From contig JBQTHB010000002.1 in assembly GCA_052390235.1 (NCBI GenBank), forward strand, positions 448,001-512,000: a DNA stretch of 64,000 nt, given 5' to 3'. How positions within the stretch are numbered: the first letter of the stretch is position 1; every line of letters starts with the position of its first letter. Under the pieces are notes generated by a model. It was given only the letters and a program-made list of their open reading frames with translations, did no database searches and was not told the origin of the DNA. This document shows, one piece after another, positions 40,979-51,293 of this stretch. A program made the translations under genes and the position numbers. Source of the stretch: Deltaproteobacteria bacterium. Lineage in GTDB: Bacteria; Desulfobacterota_D; UBA1144; Nemesobacterales; CSP1-2.

Positions 40979-42469
40979 ATGAAGCCGAAATTAATTTTAG
41001 GAATGGTTTTAGCATTAGTAATATCAATAGCTTTCCTCCAGTGCGGAGGAGAGGGCGGGAATAACCCCGACAACTGTTTCGACGGGATAGATAACGACGG
41101 CGACGGGCTTGTGGACTGTGCCGATTCCGACTGCGACGAGTTCTGTTCCGAAGGCGTGAATGGACCGTGCTTTGACTGTCTCGACAACGACGGCGACGGG
41201 TTAATTGACTGCGCCGACCCGGACTGCGTATCCTCCCCGGTGTGTAGCGGGAGCGAGAACTGCATTGATGATAAAGACAACAACGGAAACGGTCTAATAG
41301 ACTGCGACGACCCGCTTTGCAACACCAATATTTTCTGCGGCGGCGGGGAAAATAACGACGAAGACTGCGACGACGGGCGAGATAACGACAACGACGGCGC
41401 TATTGACTGCGTTGACCCAGACTGCACCGACACAGAGCCGTGCAGGGAAGGCGGCGAGGGCCCTTGCAACGACGGAATTGATAACGACGGCGACGGGCTT
41501 ACGGACTGCAACGACCCCGACTGCGTGGGTTCGATGTTCTGCGGCGGGCCTACTCCAACCCCTATGCCAACCCCTACTCCTACTGGCACGCCAACTCCAA
41601 CCCCAATGCCGGGAACTGAGAGCTGTGGCAACGGTATTGACGACGATGGCGACGGGGCTATTGACTGCGATGACCCCGACTGCGCGACCTCGCTGTTCTG
41701 CGAGGAAGGCGGCGAGGGCTCTTGCTTTGACGGAGCTGATAACGACGGCGACGGATTTATTGACTGCGCCGACCCCGATTGCACGGATTCGCCATTCTGC
41801 ACGGGAGGCGAGATGTGCGCTAACGGAATTGACGACGACGCCGATGGGCTTGTGGACTGCCTTGACCCGGACTGCAGAAATATAGCGCCTTGCAACGGAG
41901 CGACTCCAACGCCTATGCCGACCCCTACCGGCTCTCCGATGCCTACGCCTACGCCTGCTCCAACACCCACCCCTACACCTGAGAATTGCACAAACGGAAT
42001 GGACGACGATGGCGACGGGGCTATTGACTGCGACGACCCGAACTGCGCAGACTCGCTGTTCTGCGAGGAAGGCGGCGAGGGGCCATGCTTCGATGGCGTT
42101 GATAACGACGGCGACGGAGCTATTGACTGCGCCGACTCTGACTGTGACGATTCGCCCTTCTGCACGGGAGGCGAGATTTGTACTAACGGATTTGACGACG
42201 ACAACGATGCCTTAGTTGATTGCGCCGACCCGGACTGCAGAACCAACGCCGCCTGCGGAGGATCTGAAATCTGCGGAAACATGATTGACGACGATGGCGA
42301 CGGGCTAACGGATGCCGCCGACCCGGACTGCAGAGAAGGCGGGGCTGGCCCGTGTAACGACGGCGTTGATAACGATGGCGACGGTCTAGCTGACTTACTC
42401 GACCCCAATTGCTGTCTGCCTATGAATTTCCCTGTCGGGGTATGTATTAACCTAGGCGGGATATTGTAG
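40979..42469 (+). CDS. Cys/Asp-rich repeat lipoprotein 2 (13 repeats, two Pro/Thr linkers)
   Basis: Paralogue of 39839-40897 with near-identical N- and C-termini, PTPTP linkers, AAGGAGG SD. Confidence 0.85.
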   Translation: MKPKLILGMVLALVISIAFLQCGGEGGNNPDNCFDGIDNDGDGLVDCADSDCDEFCSEGVNGPCFDCLDNDGDGLIDCADPDCVSSPVCSGSENCIDDKDNNGNGLIDCDDPLCNTNIFCGGGENNDEDCDDGRDNDNDGAIDCVDPDCTDTEPCREGGEGPCNDGIDNDGDGLTDCNDPDCVGSMFCGGPTPTPMPTPTPTGTPTPTPMPGTESCGNGIDDDGDGAIDCDDPDCATSLFCEEGGEGSCFDGADNDGDGFIDCADPDCTDSPFCTGGEMCANGIDDDADGLVDCLDPDCRNIAPCNGATPTPMPTPTGSPMPTPTPAPTPTPTPENCTNGMDDDGDGAIDCDDPNCADSLFCEEGGEGPCFDGVDNDGDGAIDCADSDCDDSPFCTGGEICTNGFDDDNDALVDCADPDCRTNAACGGSEICGNMIDDDGDGLTDAADPDCREGGAGPCNDGVDNDGDGLADLLDPNCCLPMNFPVGVCINLGGIL

Positions 42470-42498
42470 TATCCGAGATTGAAAATGAGTTTTGACGC

Positions 42499-42545
42499 GC
42501 CCTCCTCCTCCGCCGGCTATTCGGCAGGGGAGGGGGGTTTTTATA
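42499..42545 (+). terminator. Probable intrinsic terminator
   Basis: CCCTCCTCC..GCCG/CGGC..GGGGAGGG hairpin followed by a T-run. Confidence 0.55.
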
Positions 42546-42550
42546 TTTGC

Positions 42551-42580
42551 TTGACATTTATTTCTAAGAAACTGTAGAAT
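42551..42580 (+). promoter_or_regulatory. sigma70 promoter of repeat lipoprotein 3
   Basis: TTGACA-N18-TAGAAT. Confidence 0.6.
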
Positions 42581-42611
42581 TGCCTGAAACTTACACAGGG
42601 GGTTTATTTCT

Positions 42612-43016
42612 ATGAAGCTAAAATACGGTATTTCGGCTCTTGTAGCGATGTTCTTGGTTTTGTCATTTCTCCAGTGCGGGAGCGGCGGAGGGGGCGGCGG
42701 ATTTGGCGAGGACTGCGACGACGGCGTTGACAACGACGGCGATATGGTAGTTGACTGCATGGATTCCGACTGTGCGGGCGACCCGAACTGCGTGGGGAAT
42801 CCCGCTGAGGACTGCGACGACGGCGTTGATAACGATATGGACGGAGACCTGGACTGCGCTGACGATGACTGCACAGGCGCTTTTGAGTGCGGAGAAGGCG
42901 GCGTTGGTTCTTGCTGCGACGGTCAGGACGACGACGGCGATGGGGCTGCCGACTGCATGGATTCCGACTGCACCGACCTCGTGCCGGCTTGCGTCTGCCT
43001 GGTTCTGCCGATTTAA
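42612..43016 (+). CDS. Cys/Asp-rich repeat lipoprotein 3 (3 repeats)
   Basis: Same FLQC-G signal end and [10 protein letters not shown]..VDCxDxDC repeats. Confidence 0.8.
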   Translation: MKLKYGISALVAMFLVLSFLQCGSGGGGGGFGEDCDDGVDNDGDMVVDCMDSDCAGDPNCVGNPAEDCDDGVDNDMDGDLDCADDDCTGAFECGEGGVGSCCDGQDDDGDGAADCMDSDCTDLVPACVCLVLPI

Positions 43017-43115
43017 TTTGACTGACAATTGCTGATTCATAACGGGGAGGGGTGGGAATGCGCCTCTCCCCTCCATATATATATGCCTGAGTGTTTTATA
43101 ACTAGCTACTAACCA

Positions 43116-45842
43116 CTAGCCACTAATCACTGCTTTTAAATATTTCCCCGTGTGTGTGTCCGATGTTGCGACCTCATCGGGCGTTCCTTCGGCGACGATG
43201 TATCCCCCCGCCTCGCCGCCCTCGGGCCCTAGGTCTATCACATAATCCGCCGAGCGTATAACCTCTAGGTTATGCTCGACTAGAATCACGCTGTTGCCCG
43301 CATCAATGAGTTTGTTCAGCGCCTCGAGCAGTTTGCTCACGTCTTCGGCGTGAAGCCCCACCGTTGGCTCATCTAAAATATAGAGAATATCGCAGCCGTC
43401 CTTGCGCGCAAGCTCCCGCGCCACTTTGATTCTCTGCGCCTCCCCGCCGGATAGAGTCGTCGCCGCCTGCCCCAATCTCAAATACCCAAGCCCAACGTCT
43501 CTCAGCGCTTTCAGCTTCTTCCTGAGCGCTGGGGATTCGCTGAAGAACTCCGACGCCTCGTCCACCGTGAGACTGAGCGCGTCGTCAATACTCCGCCCCT
43601 TGTATTTGACCTCCAGCGCTTCGGGCTTAAATCTCTTCCCGCCGCACTCCTCGCACGTTATGAAAACATCTGCCAGAAACTGCATCTCGATTTTCTGCCG
43701 CCCTTCCCCCTCGCACGCATCGCACCTTCCGCCGGGAACGTTGAACGAAAAATGGGATGGCGTCAGTTTCCTGTGCTTAGCGTCTCGGCTCTCAGCCATG
43801 AGTTTTCTAATGTCGTCATAAGCCTTGATGTACGTTACGGGGTTCGAGCGGGAGCTTCTGCCGATGGGCGATTGGTCTAGCATTACGGCATCGGATACGG
43901 CGGATGCGCCTCGGATTTCTCGGCAACTCCCGACGCGCTCGGCGTCTCCGTGGAGTTTGCGCGCCAGATTTGCGTACAGCGCCTCCTCAACGAGAGTGCT
44001 TTTGCCCGAGCCTGACACTCCTGTTACGCAGACTAGCGCGCCGAGGGGGAAGGAAACTGTGATGTTTTTAAGATTATTCTCGCAGGCTTCAACGACGGTG
44101 ATGGCGCGTTTGCCGATTTTTCTGCGCTTCGCCTGGGGGTATGCGCCGCTTTTCTCTTCGATGCGCCGCTTAGTGGCGGATTCGATGGGTTGCCCGGTGA
44201 ATTCCTCAATCGTGCCTTGAAATACTAAATCGCCTCCCCCTTCGCCCGCCTTTGGGCCCAGCTCAATCAGATAATCTGCCGCCCGTATCATCTCAAAATC
44301 ATGCTCGACTACGACAACGGTGTTTCCCCTCCCCTGGAGTTCTTTGATTATCCCGACGAGACGGCTTATGTCCCTTGCGTGAAGCCCTATGGACGGCTCA
44401 TCCATAATGTAAAGCGTGTCGGTGAGGCTACCGCCTAGCTGACAGGCGAGGCTCACCCTCTGCGCCTCTCCGCCCGATAGGGTCTTTGTCAGGCGCGAGA
44501 GCGTAACGTACCCAAGTCCTACTTTGACCAGGAAATCCGCCCTTGATACTATCTGCTTGAGAACCTCCCCTGCAATTCCCGAATCGGAGGCGCCGAGCTT
44601 GAGGGTATCCAAAAATTCTCTGAACTGCGCCGCCGCAATACCGCAAAGCTCGTATATGTTCCTCCCGCCGACCCTTACCCTCAGGGCTTCGGGTTTTAAT
44701 CTGCTTCCCCGGCACTCATGGCACGTTACAGCCGAGCGGTATTTGCTGAGGAAAACCCTCACGTGCATCTTGTAGCTCTTCTCTTCTAGGTATTTAAAAA
44801 CCCCTCGAACCCCTGGAAAGCCGCCGCTTCCGCCGAATATCAGCTCTTTCGATCTCTGCGGGAGGGATTTAAACGGGGCTTTGACGTCAATTCCGCTCTT
44901 CTCGGCAAATTTGAGCATCTGCTTCTTTTCATATTTTAGCGACGGTTTCTCGAACGGCTCAATCGCGCCTTCGGACAGGCTCAAATCCCCATTTGGGGCG
45001 ATGAGCGACGGGTCAATTTCGAGCCTGTTGCCAAAGCCCCTGCACTCGGCGCACGCCCCTTCCGGGCTATTGAAGGAGAATAGGAGAGGGGTCGGTTCGC
45101 TGCACTCAACGCCGCAGTACAGGCACTCGAGGTCTCGCGAGAATCTGAGCGCCCCGCCGCCAACTATCCGCGCATTGACGCGCCTGCTCTCCTGCATTGC
45201 CGCCTCAAGCGAATCGGTGATTCTCGACTGCCCCCCCTCTTTGATTTGTACCCTGTCAACGACGACTTCAGCCCCTTCGGGAATATCGGTTATTGTTTCA
45301 ATTTCGACCGTCTCGCCGCCTGAGTAAATCCTCGCAAACCCCCTTTGCAGCAGCCCCTTTGGGGACGCGCCGGCAGGAGCGGGATAGGTGATGTAAGCCC
45401 TTTCGCCCGCGTGTCCTCGGATAAGCTCGTGGGCGATGTTCTCGGGATTGCGCCGCGTGATTTCTCTGTCGCATCTGGGGCAGTGGATTTTGCCGATTTT
45501 GGCGAATAAAAGCCTTAGATAATCGTAAATTTCGGTAGTCGTGCCGACGGTGGAGCGGGAGTTTTTCACATGATTTCCGCGCTCGATGGCTATAACCGGC
45601 GGAAGCCCCGTGATGTCGTCCATATCGGGGCGGTCAACCCTCTCTAAGAACTGCCTCGCATATGTTGACAGGCACTCGACGTATCTCCTGATGCCCTCGG
45701 CGTAAATCGTATCGAGCGCGAGCGAGGATTTGCCGGAGCCGCTTAGCCCGGTGATTACGGTGAATTTATGCCGGGGAATTGAGACGGAGATGTTTTTGAG
45801 GTTGTTTTCCCTTGCTCCGAGAACTCTAATTCTGTGGTTCAT
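43116..45842 (-). CDS. uvrA: Excinuclease ABC subunit A
   Basis: [18 protein letters not shown], two LSGGEAQR signatures, GVSGSGKST, zinc-finger CxxC pairs. Confidence 0.95.
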   Translation of the reverse strand: MNHRIRVLGARENNLKNISVSIPRHKFTVITGLSGSGKSSLALDTIYAEGIRRYVECLSTYARQFLERVDRPDMDDITGLPPVIAIERGNHVKNSRSTVGTTTEIYDYLRLLFAKIGKIHCPRCDREITRRNPENIAHELIRGHAGERAYITYPAPAGASPKGLLQRGFARIYSGGETVEIETITDIPEGAEVVVDRVQIKEGGQSRITDSLEAAMQESRRVNARIVGGGALRFSRDLECLYCGVECSEPTPLLFSFNSPEGACAECRGFGNRLEIDPSLIAPNGDLSLSEGAIEPFEKPSLKYEKKQMLKFAEKSGIDVKAPFKSLPQRSKELIFGGSGGFPGVRGVFKYLEEKSYKMHVRVFLSKYRSAVTCHECRGSRLKPEALRVRVGGRNIYELCGIAAAQFREFLDTLKLGASDSGIAGEVLKQIVSRADFLVKVGLGYVTLSRLTKTLSGGEAQRVSLACQLGGSLTDTLYIMDEPSIGLHARDISRLVGIIKELQGRGNTVVVVEHDFEMIRAADYLIELGPKAGEGGGDLVFQGTIEEFTGQPIESATKRRIEEKSGAYPQAKRRKIGKRAITVVEACENNLKNITVSFPLGALVCVTGVSGSGKSTLVEEALYANLARKLHGDAERVGSCREIRGASAVSDAVMLDQSPIGRSSRSNPVTYIKAYDDIRKLMAESRDAKHRKLTPSHFSFNVPGGRCDACEGEGRQKIEMQFLADVFITCEECGGKRFKPEALEVKYKGRSIDDALSLTVDEASEFFSESPALRKKLKALRDVGLGYLRLGQAATTLSGGEAQRIKVARELARKDGCDILYILDEPTVGLHAEDVSKLLEALNKLIDAGNSVILVEHNLEVIRSADYVIDLGPEGGEAGGYIVAEGTPDEVATSDTHTGKYLKAVISG

Positions 45843-45970
45843 TTGATGGAAATTGTCGCCGCGAACTGGCGCGAAGAAAAAACTCCTCTATCTAAGTATA
45901 TAAAGAGCGACTCTGCTGATAATTTATAATCCCCCATTGGCGATTAACCCCGCCGCCGCACAGCCGAGCC

Positions 45971-47335
45971 TCAGACCTTGTGCCTACTCTCTCGGAATAT
46001 GAATTTTAGCGGCGTGCCGTCCAATTTAAACTCTTCGCGGAACTTATTTTCGAGAAACCTCTTGTAGTTCTCCGGTATTCCGTTGATTCGGTTTGTGAAC
46101 ACTACAAAGGTCGGCGGCTTCGTCATGGGCTGAGTGATGTAATAGAATTTTATCACGCTCCCCTTGAAGACGGGCGGGGGGTTGTGCCGGAGTATTTCTT
46201 TGAGCAGGTCATTGAGGACTCTCGTCGGGATTTTGGACGCATAGTTTTTATACGCCGCATCTATCGCCCCGAAGAGTTTATCCACCCTCCTGCCCGTGAG
46301 CGCCGAGACCAGCAGAACCGACGCAAAGTCAACTTCCTTGAGTCCTCCCCTTGCAATATCCTCGATGCCGGGGGTTTCGGCGACCTCTTGCGGCACTAAA
46401 TCCCATTTGTTGAGCAGGATGACGCATCCTTTGTTCTTCTTGCGTATCATCTCGGCCAGATGCCCGTCCTGATGAGTGGGCCCATCCTGCGCATCGAGCA
46501 TGAACACGGCAACGTCCGCCCGCTCGATGCTCTTTATAGTGCGAAGCACGCTGTACTGCTCCACGGAAAAAGTAACCTTGGGCTTCCGTCTCATCCCCGC
46601 TGTGTCAATGAATATGTAACGCCTGCCGTCTCTTTGAACCAGCGTGTCAACGGCGTCTCTGGTCGTGCCGGGAAGCGGGCTTGTGAGGAGCCTGTCTTCG
46701 CCGAGAATTTTATTGATAAGCGTGGATTTGCCCACGTTGGGCTTTCCCACGACGGCGACTCGTATCGTCCCCTCCTCGTCATCAGGCTCAATTTCGATCT
46801 CGCCCATGGGGAGTCTCTCGACTACGGCGTCCAGGAGTTCGTCTAAATTTCTGCCCTGGCCCGCGGAGACGTTGATAAAATCCTCGATTCCTATGGAATG
46901 AAACTCTAGCGCGCGGACTTCGTGGGACTCGTGGTCAATTTTATTTACGGCATAGACCACGGGTTTATCAATTTTTCTAAGAGCCTCGAGAACCTCGGTG
47001 TCCTGCGGCATCACGCCCGTTTTCCCGTCTAGGACGAACACTATGACGTCGGCTTCGTCAATTGCCGTCTCGACCTGCTTTTTTATCAGCGAGAGGTAAA
47101 AATCGTCCGTAGCCGGGTCTAAGCCGCCCGTGTCAACTACGGTGAATTTTATCCCTCCCCACTCGGCGTCTCCGTAGAGGCGGTCTCTCGTTACGCCGGG
47201 GATGTCCTCAACAATGGATTTATTCCAGCCGAGGATTCTGTTAAACAGCGTGGATTTGCCGACGTTCGGTCTGCCGACGATAGCGACTATCGGCTTTTTC
47301 TCGGATACTTTCTCTTGAGTCTCGCTTATTGTCAT
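45971..47335 (-). CDS. der: Ribosome biogenesis GTPase Der (EngA)
   Basis: Two G domains (GRPNVGKST, GKPNVGKST; DTGG, DTAG) and KH-like C-terminus. Start ATG 47335. Confidence 0.97.
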   Translation of the reverse strand: MTISETQEKVSEKKPIVAIVGRPNVGKSTLFNRILGWNKSIVEDIPGVTRDRLYGDAEWGGIKFTVVDTGGLDPATDDFYLSLIKKQVETAIDEADVIVFVLDGKTGVMPQDTEVLEALRKIDKPVVYAVNKIDHESHEVRALEFHSIGIEDFINVSAGQGRNLDELLDAVVERLPMGEIEIEPDDEEGTIRVAVVGKPNVGKSTLINKILGEDRLLTSPLPGTTRDAVDTLVQRDGRRYIFIDTAGMRRKPKVTFSVEQYSVLRTIKSIERADVAVFMLDAQDGPTHQDGHLAEMIRKKNKGCVILLNKWDLVPQEVAETPGIEDIARGGLKEVDFASVLLVSALTGRRVDKLFGAIDAAYKNYASKIPTRVLNDLLKEILRHNPPPVFKGSVIKFYYITQPMTKPPTFVVFTNRINGIPENYKRFLENKFREEFKLDGTPLKFIFRESRHKV

Positions 47336-47429
47336 CGGCTGAATGATACCATACATTGCGCGGCAGGTCATGAGCTGGTTCGCGGCTATCCCAATCCCGC
47401 ATTCGGCGTCGTGTTATAATAGCCCGCTC

Positions 47430-47912
47430 ATGAAAATACAGATTCTCGATAAATACGGATACGCAGACGCCCTGCGAAAGAGAGCGCTAAGGACTCAAAT
47501 CAGGCTCATCTTAAAGCGGCTGGGATTGCCCGCGAAAACTGAACTCTCGCTCACATTCGTTGGGGATGGCGAAATCCGGGCGCTCAATCGGGATTACCGA
47601 GCCATTGACAGGGCAACCGACGTGCTGTCGTTTGGGCAGTATGAGCCGGAGGGGATAAAAGGGGGCGCGCTGATTGCCGCTATTGCTATATTGATTGACG
47701 AAGATGCAAGCGATGCTCTCGCCCTCGGAGACATCGTCATCTCAATTGACACCGCCGCCAGACACGCTGTCAAATACGGGAACACGCTCGACGGCGAAAT
47801 TCTAAAACTCATTATTCACGCCGCGCTCCATCTGCTAGGTTACGACCACAAGACAAAAACCGATGCCGAGGCGATGAGGGCGAAGGAGCGGGAGATTGGC
47901 GGAGGTTGTTGA
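47430..47912 (+). CDS. ybeY: rRNA maturation endoribonuclease YbeY
   Basis: LNRDYR..DRATDVLSF, LGDIVIS, HAALHLLGYDH. Start ATG 47430. Confidence 0.95.
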   Translation: MKIQILDKYGYADALRKRALRTQIRLILKRLGLPAKTELSLTFVGDGEIRALNRDYRAIDRATDVLSFGQYEPEGIKGGALIAAIAILIDEDASDALALGDIVISIDTAARHAVKYGNTLDGEILKLIIHAALHLLGYDHKTKTDAEAMRAKEREIGGGC

Positions 47913-48073
47913 GGGGGAGAAGAGACAATAGAGGATTAACACCTCTAAATTTTTCAGAACTCTAACTATTTAATATTTGAAATAGAGTTTTACAACATCT
48001 TACCAGTTACACCCACCTAAGAAATACGCACTATAATTACCCCCAAATACTTTAATGGGGATTACCAAACTAA

Positions 48074-50686
48074 ATGACTGAATTAACTCGTGAGCAGAAA
48101 GAAGCAGTTTTTCATTCGGAAGGTTCGGCTTGTGTGATAGCAGGCGCAGGAACTGGAAAAACAACTACTCTTGCAGAACGAATTTCACACCTAGTCAATT
48201 CTTGCAATATTGAACCAAGCAGAATTATCGTTACAACCTTTACGCGTAAAGCGACAGCTGAACTTTACGATAGAACATTCAGGCTACTTAATAAGACAGC
48301 TTATCAACTGAAAATATCAACTATTGACAGTTTGGTATTGGATTTTGCACGACAGGCAATGGATCAAGGTTTGATACGGACTGCGCGATTAATATCAGAA
48401 CCTCAGCAACGAGTTCTCTTGCTATATTCCTCTTGGGAGTTATTTGGCAAGGAATATCCACAATACGCATGGACTGAAAATATTGGTAAAGCAAAGATTG
48501 TTGATTTGTTACAAAAGTGTATTTGTGCAGAATCGGAGAACACGGAGCAAAGAGATAATATACTTTCCTGTGTCGAACAACAATTGTCGGGTCTAAAAGA
48601 CAAGAAGTTTAGACAATTTACTATTTTTTGGATACCTACCCTTGAAGAATTAAAACAAATTGCTGAGAAATATTATGAAAAACTGAAAGAGCTTGGGGCA
48701 ATTGATTCTGATCTACTTACCGCAGAATTTCTACGCTGCCTAAAATCTAACGAGAAGTTTACCGAAGAACTTGCATCCCAAGCCGATGCTATCTTGGTTG
48801 ATGAATTTCAAGACACAAATCGTATTCAAGCTGAAATACTTCTTTTACTGTCGGGAAAGCATCGCAACATCTGGGTCGTCGGAGACCAATGTCAGCAAAT
48901 ATATGAATGGCGCGGAGCCGGCAAAGATAATCTCGATTGGTTTATTAATAAAACAAAGGCTAAGACGTACCATTTGACGGAGAATTGGCGATCGACGCAG
49001 AGAATTCTGGATGTCTGTTATGATTTTCTTTCTTCTCAAGTTCCAGATCTAAAGACAGCAGAAATGTTAAAACGTTTGAATTCAATGAGAGATAAACGGG
49101 ATCAAGTATCAAGTCTCGATCAACGTCATCCCGTTTATACTGGAACACTGAAGAAGGGGTTATCTTTGATTTGCCAGCTATTAAAATACAACCCTGATAT
49201 TAAGCCAAGCGATATAGCTATACTTTCATCGGCATTAGATAAACAAACGGTAGAAAGCATTGAATCCAGCGCCACAAAAGTAGGATTAAAAGTACAATTT
49301 CACTCATCCCGTGCGGATCGGGCAATGGAGAGCACAATTGGCCAACCTCCACATTTTTGGAAAGCCGGGAAAGTTTTAGAACAGTTTTACAATGATCCTA
49401 GGATAAAAACCACAATTTCCCTCTCACTTAATACAAGCGATTTTAGCCATCTTAGGACAATTCGTCCTATTGCTATTGTCGCAGAAACGTTGGACAGCAC
49501 GTTGCCGTTGGATACTTTTTCTTTCGCTGACGCTTGGAATGTGCTGAAGAAAACTCAAGAGCGTGAAATTTTTGTCTCTAATGCCGTATCTGCTAACCCG
49601 GATTCTATTCAGGTCATGACTATTCATGCCGCGAAAGGGCTAGAATTTCCTATCGTTTTGCTGATGAAACTCGGAAAATCATTTCCAAATCTAAAAGATT
49701 CGGAATCCTGCCGACTTGCTTATGTAGGCGGGACGAGAGCAAAGGACATATTAATTTTGATTCATACAGAAGAAAAACCAACGCAAACATTGGATGCATT
49801 TGGCAAAGATCCTGTTTCTATCCAACGAGACAGAATAGTTACGAACCAAAAGGTTGAAGTCCCTAAGATAAATCATTCGATGCCTGTAATAGGGGCGAGC
49901 AATCTCGATCTCTATGAGCAGTGTCCTCTAAAATTTGCGGCTTATCATGAGGGACGGTATCTACCTAACTGGAGTATTAGCCAAAGTGTTGGATCAAGAA
50001 TGCATAAAGCTCTAGAATATTATCTTCGCGCAGGAATGCCAACAGACGAATCCTCGATAAATGATTGCTTCGATAGAGGTTATCGTAACGGTGATTCTCC
50101 AATTCGGATACTGAAGGAAGAAAAGGTAGCTGAAATGAAACAGAATTATCAAAAAGTTGTCCAATTGATATCCAAGACTACAAAAAAAGTAATTGCCGTT
50201 GAACAAAAATACAGATATTTTCGTGCGCAAGAAGGGCAGATAGATGGAGCAGTTGATGCTATCGTGGAACGTCGAGATGGAGCGATTGTTTTAAAAGAAT
50301 GGAAAACTATTAAGGAGATTAAATCAAGTAATCAGCAAAAATACACACTGCAAGCTGGTTCAGGCGCATTAGGAATTATAGCTCAACAAACTCACCCCCC
50401 TATTCAATTAATTGAGATAGTGCCTGTATTAAATCCTACCGATACAATATCTCTATCTGTTGATAGCGCATTCGTTGACAAAATAAATAAAGAACTTGAT
50501 GAAGTTTTTCAGTCGCTACAAAACAAAAATTACGAACCTCACAAAAGCGAAGATAATTGTAAATCATGCGAGCTAAAGAGATATTGTCCTGCTTGGCAAA
50601 AAAAAGTTAAGAAAAAGCCAGCTTTGTCAGATTATTTAATTTCAATAAATAGACGGACTATTCATAAGAAAAGAGTACAGCTGTAA
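48074..50686 (+). CDS. UvrD/SF1A helicase fused to a C-terminal PD-(D/E)xK nuclease with 4 Cys (AT-rich, likely acquired)
   Basis: AGAGTGKT, TFTRKA, VDEFQD, VGDQCQQIY.WRGA, ENWRS, MTIHAAKGLEF, YVGGTRAK. Nuclease part QCP, GSRMHKALE, GAVD...KEWKT, CKSC-x5-C. Confidence 0.85.
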   Translation: MTELTREQKEAVFHSEGSACVIAGAGTGKTTTLAERISHLVNSCNIEPSRIIVTTFTRKATAELYDRTFRLLNKTAYQLKISTIDSLVLDFARQAMDQGLIRTARLISEPQQRVLLLYSSWELFGKEYPQYAWTENIGKAKIVDLLQKCICAESENTEQRDNILSCVEQQLSGLKDKKFRQFTIFWIPTLEELKQIAEKYYEKLKELGAIDSDLLTAEFLRCLKSNEKFTEELASQADAILVDEFQDTNRIQAEILLLLSGKHRNIWVVGDQCQQIYEWRGAGKDNLDWFINKTKAKTYHLTENWRSTQRILDVCYDFLSSQVPDLKTAEMLKRLNSMRDKRDQVSSLDQRHPVYTGTLKKGLSLICQLLKYNPDIKPSDIAILSSALDKQTVESIESSATKVGLKVQFHSSRADRAMESTIGQPPHFWKAGKVLEQFYNDPRIKTTISLSLNTSDFSHLRTIRPIAIVAETLDSTLPLDTFSFADAWNVLKKTQEREIFVSNAVSANPDSIQVMTIHAAKGLEFPIVLLMKLGKSFPNLKDSESCRLAYVGGTRAKDILILIHTEEKPTQTLDAFGKDPVSIQRDRIVTNQKVEVPKINHSMPVIGASNLDLYEQCPLKFAAYHEGRYLPNWSISQSVGSRMHKALEYYLRAGMPTDESSINDCFDRGYRNGDSPIRILKEEKVAEMKQNYQKVVQLISKTTKKVIAVEQKYRYFRAQEGQIDGAVDAIVERRDGAIVLKEWKTIKEIKSSNQQKYTLQAGSGALGIIAQQTHPPIQLIEIVPVLNPTDTISLSVDSAFVDKINKELDEVFQSLQNKNYEPHKSEDNCKSCELKRYCPAWQKKVKKKPALSDYLISINRRTIHKKRVQL

Positions 50687-50738
50687 AATATGAAACAAAA
50701 ATTTGGTAAGTATAAAAATTATATGGCTATTGGATGTT

Positions 50739-51293
50739 CTACTCGCGCTTCCTCTCAATCCCCCGCTCAATTTCTTCGATTTCCCTGAGCGTTGGGAGGT
50801 CTGCGAGGGTGTCAATTCCAAACACTTCGAGGAATTCTGGAGTTGTGCTGTAGAGAAAGGGTTTGCCTATAACGTCCCGTCTGCCTTTGATGTGAATTAG
50901 CCTCTTTTCCATGAGCGCCCCCACAACGCCGGATGAGTCAACCCCCCGAATGTGGTCAATTTCGATTCTCGTAATGGGCTGTCTATACGCCACTATGGAT
51001 AAGACCTCAACCGCCGCTCTGCCGAGTCGAAAGGGCTTTGCCTGTCTGAGCTTTAATACCGCCTCGGCGAAATCGGGCAGGGTTCTAAATTGGAATCCCC
51101 CGGCGGCGCGAACGAGCCTAAACCCGCGCCCTAGCCCTTCCCACTCAGCCACTAGTTCCCAAAGGCGCTGCTCGATGTCATCCCTCGATGCCCCGTCTAA
51201 CGCCCTTGCTATCCCATCTGCGGCAACGGGCTTGTCGGATGCAAAAACCAGGGCCTCTATTGCGCGTTTGAGCTTTTCTCCATCGTCGTCCAA
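50739..51293 (-). CDS. scpB: SMC-Scp complex subunit ScpB
   Basis: IEALVFAS, AGGFQFRT, EVLSIVAYRQPITR.EI..IRGVD, GKPFLYSTT..FL. Confidence 0.95.
   Translation of the reverse strand: MDDDGEKLKRAIEALVFASDKPVAADGIARALDGASRDDIEQRLWELVAEWEGLGRGFRLVRAAGGFQFRTLPDFAEAVLKLRQAKPFRLGRAAVEVLSIVAYRQPITRIEIDHIRGVDSSGVVGALMEKRLIHIKGRRDVIGKPFLYSTTPEFLEVFGIDTLADLPTLREIEEIERGIERKRE

Noticed and set aside
42581..42597. NtrC-like box at the start of repeat lipoprotein 3 (TGCCTGAAACTTACACA)
   Set aside because: 12/17 match, but the right half-site is broken, there is no partner box and no sigma54 promoter.
39808..42874. Long Ser/Pro-rich minus-strand ORFs (342, 488 and 140 aa)
   Set aside because: Antisense shadows of the repetitive GAC/GGC/TGC codons of the + strand lipoprotein genes, which have SDs, signal peptides and promoters.
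39900..43000. Periodic DNA repeats suggestive of a CRISPR array
   Set aside because: Repeats are degenerate at third codon positions, in frame and protein-coding. No identical repeat/unique spacer pattern and no cas genes.
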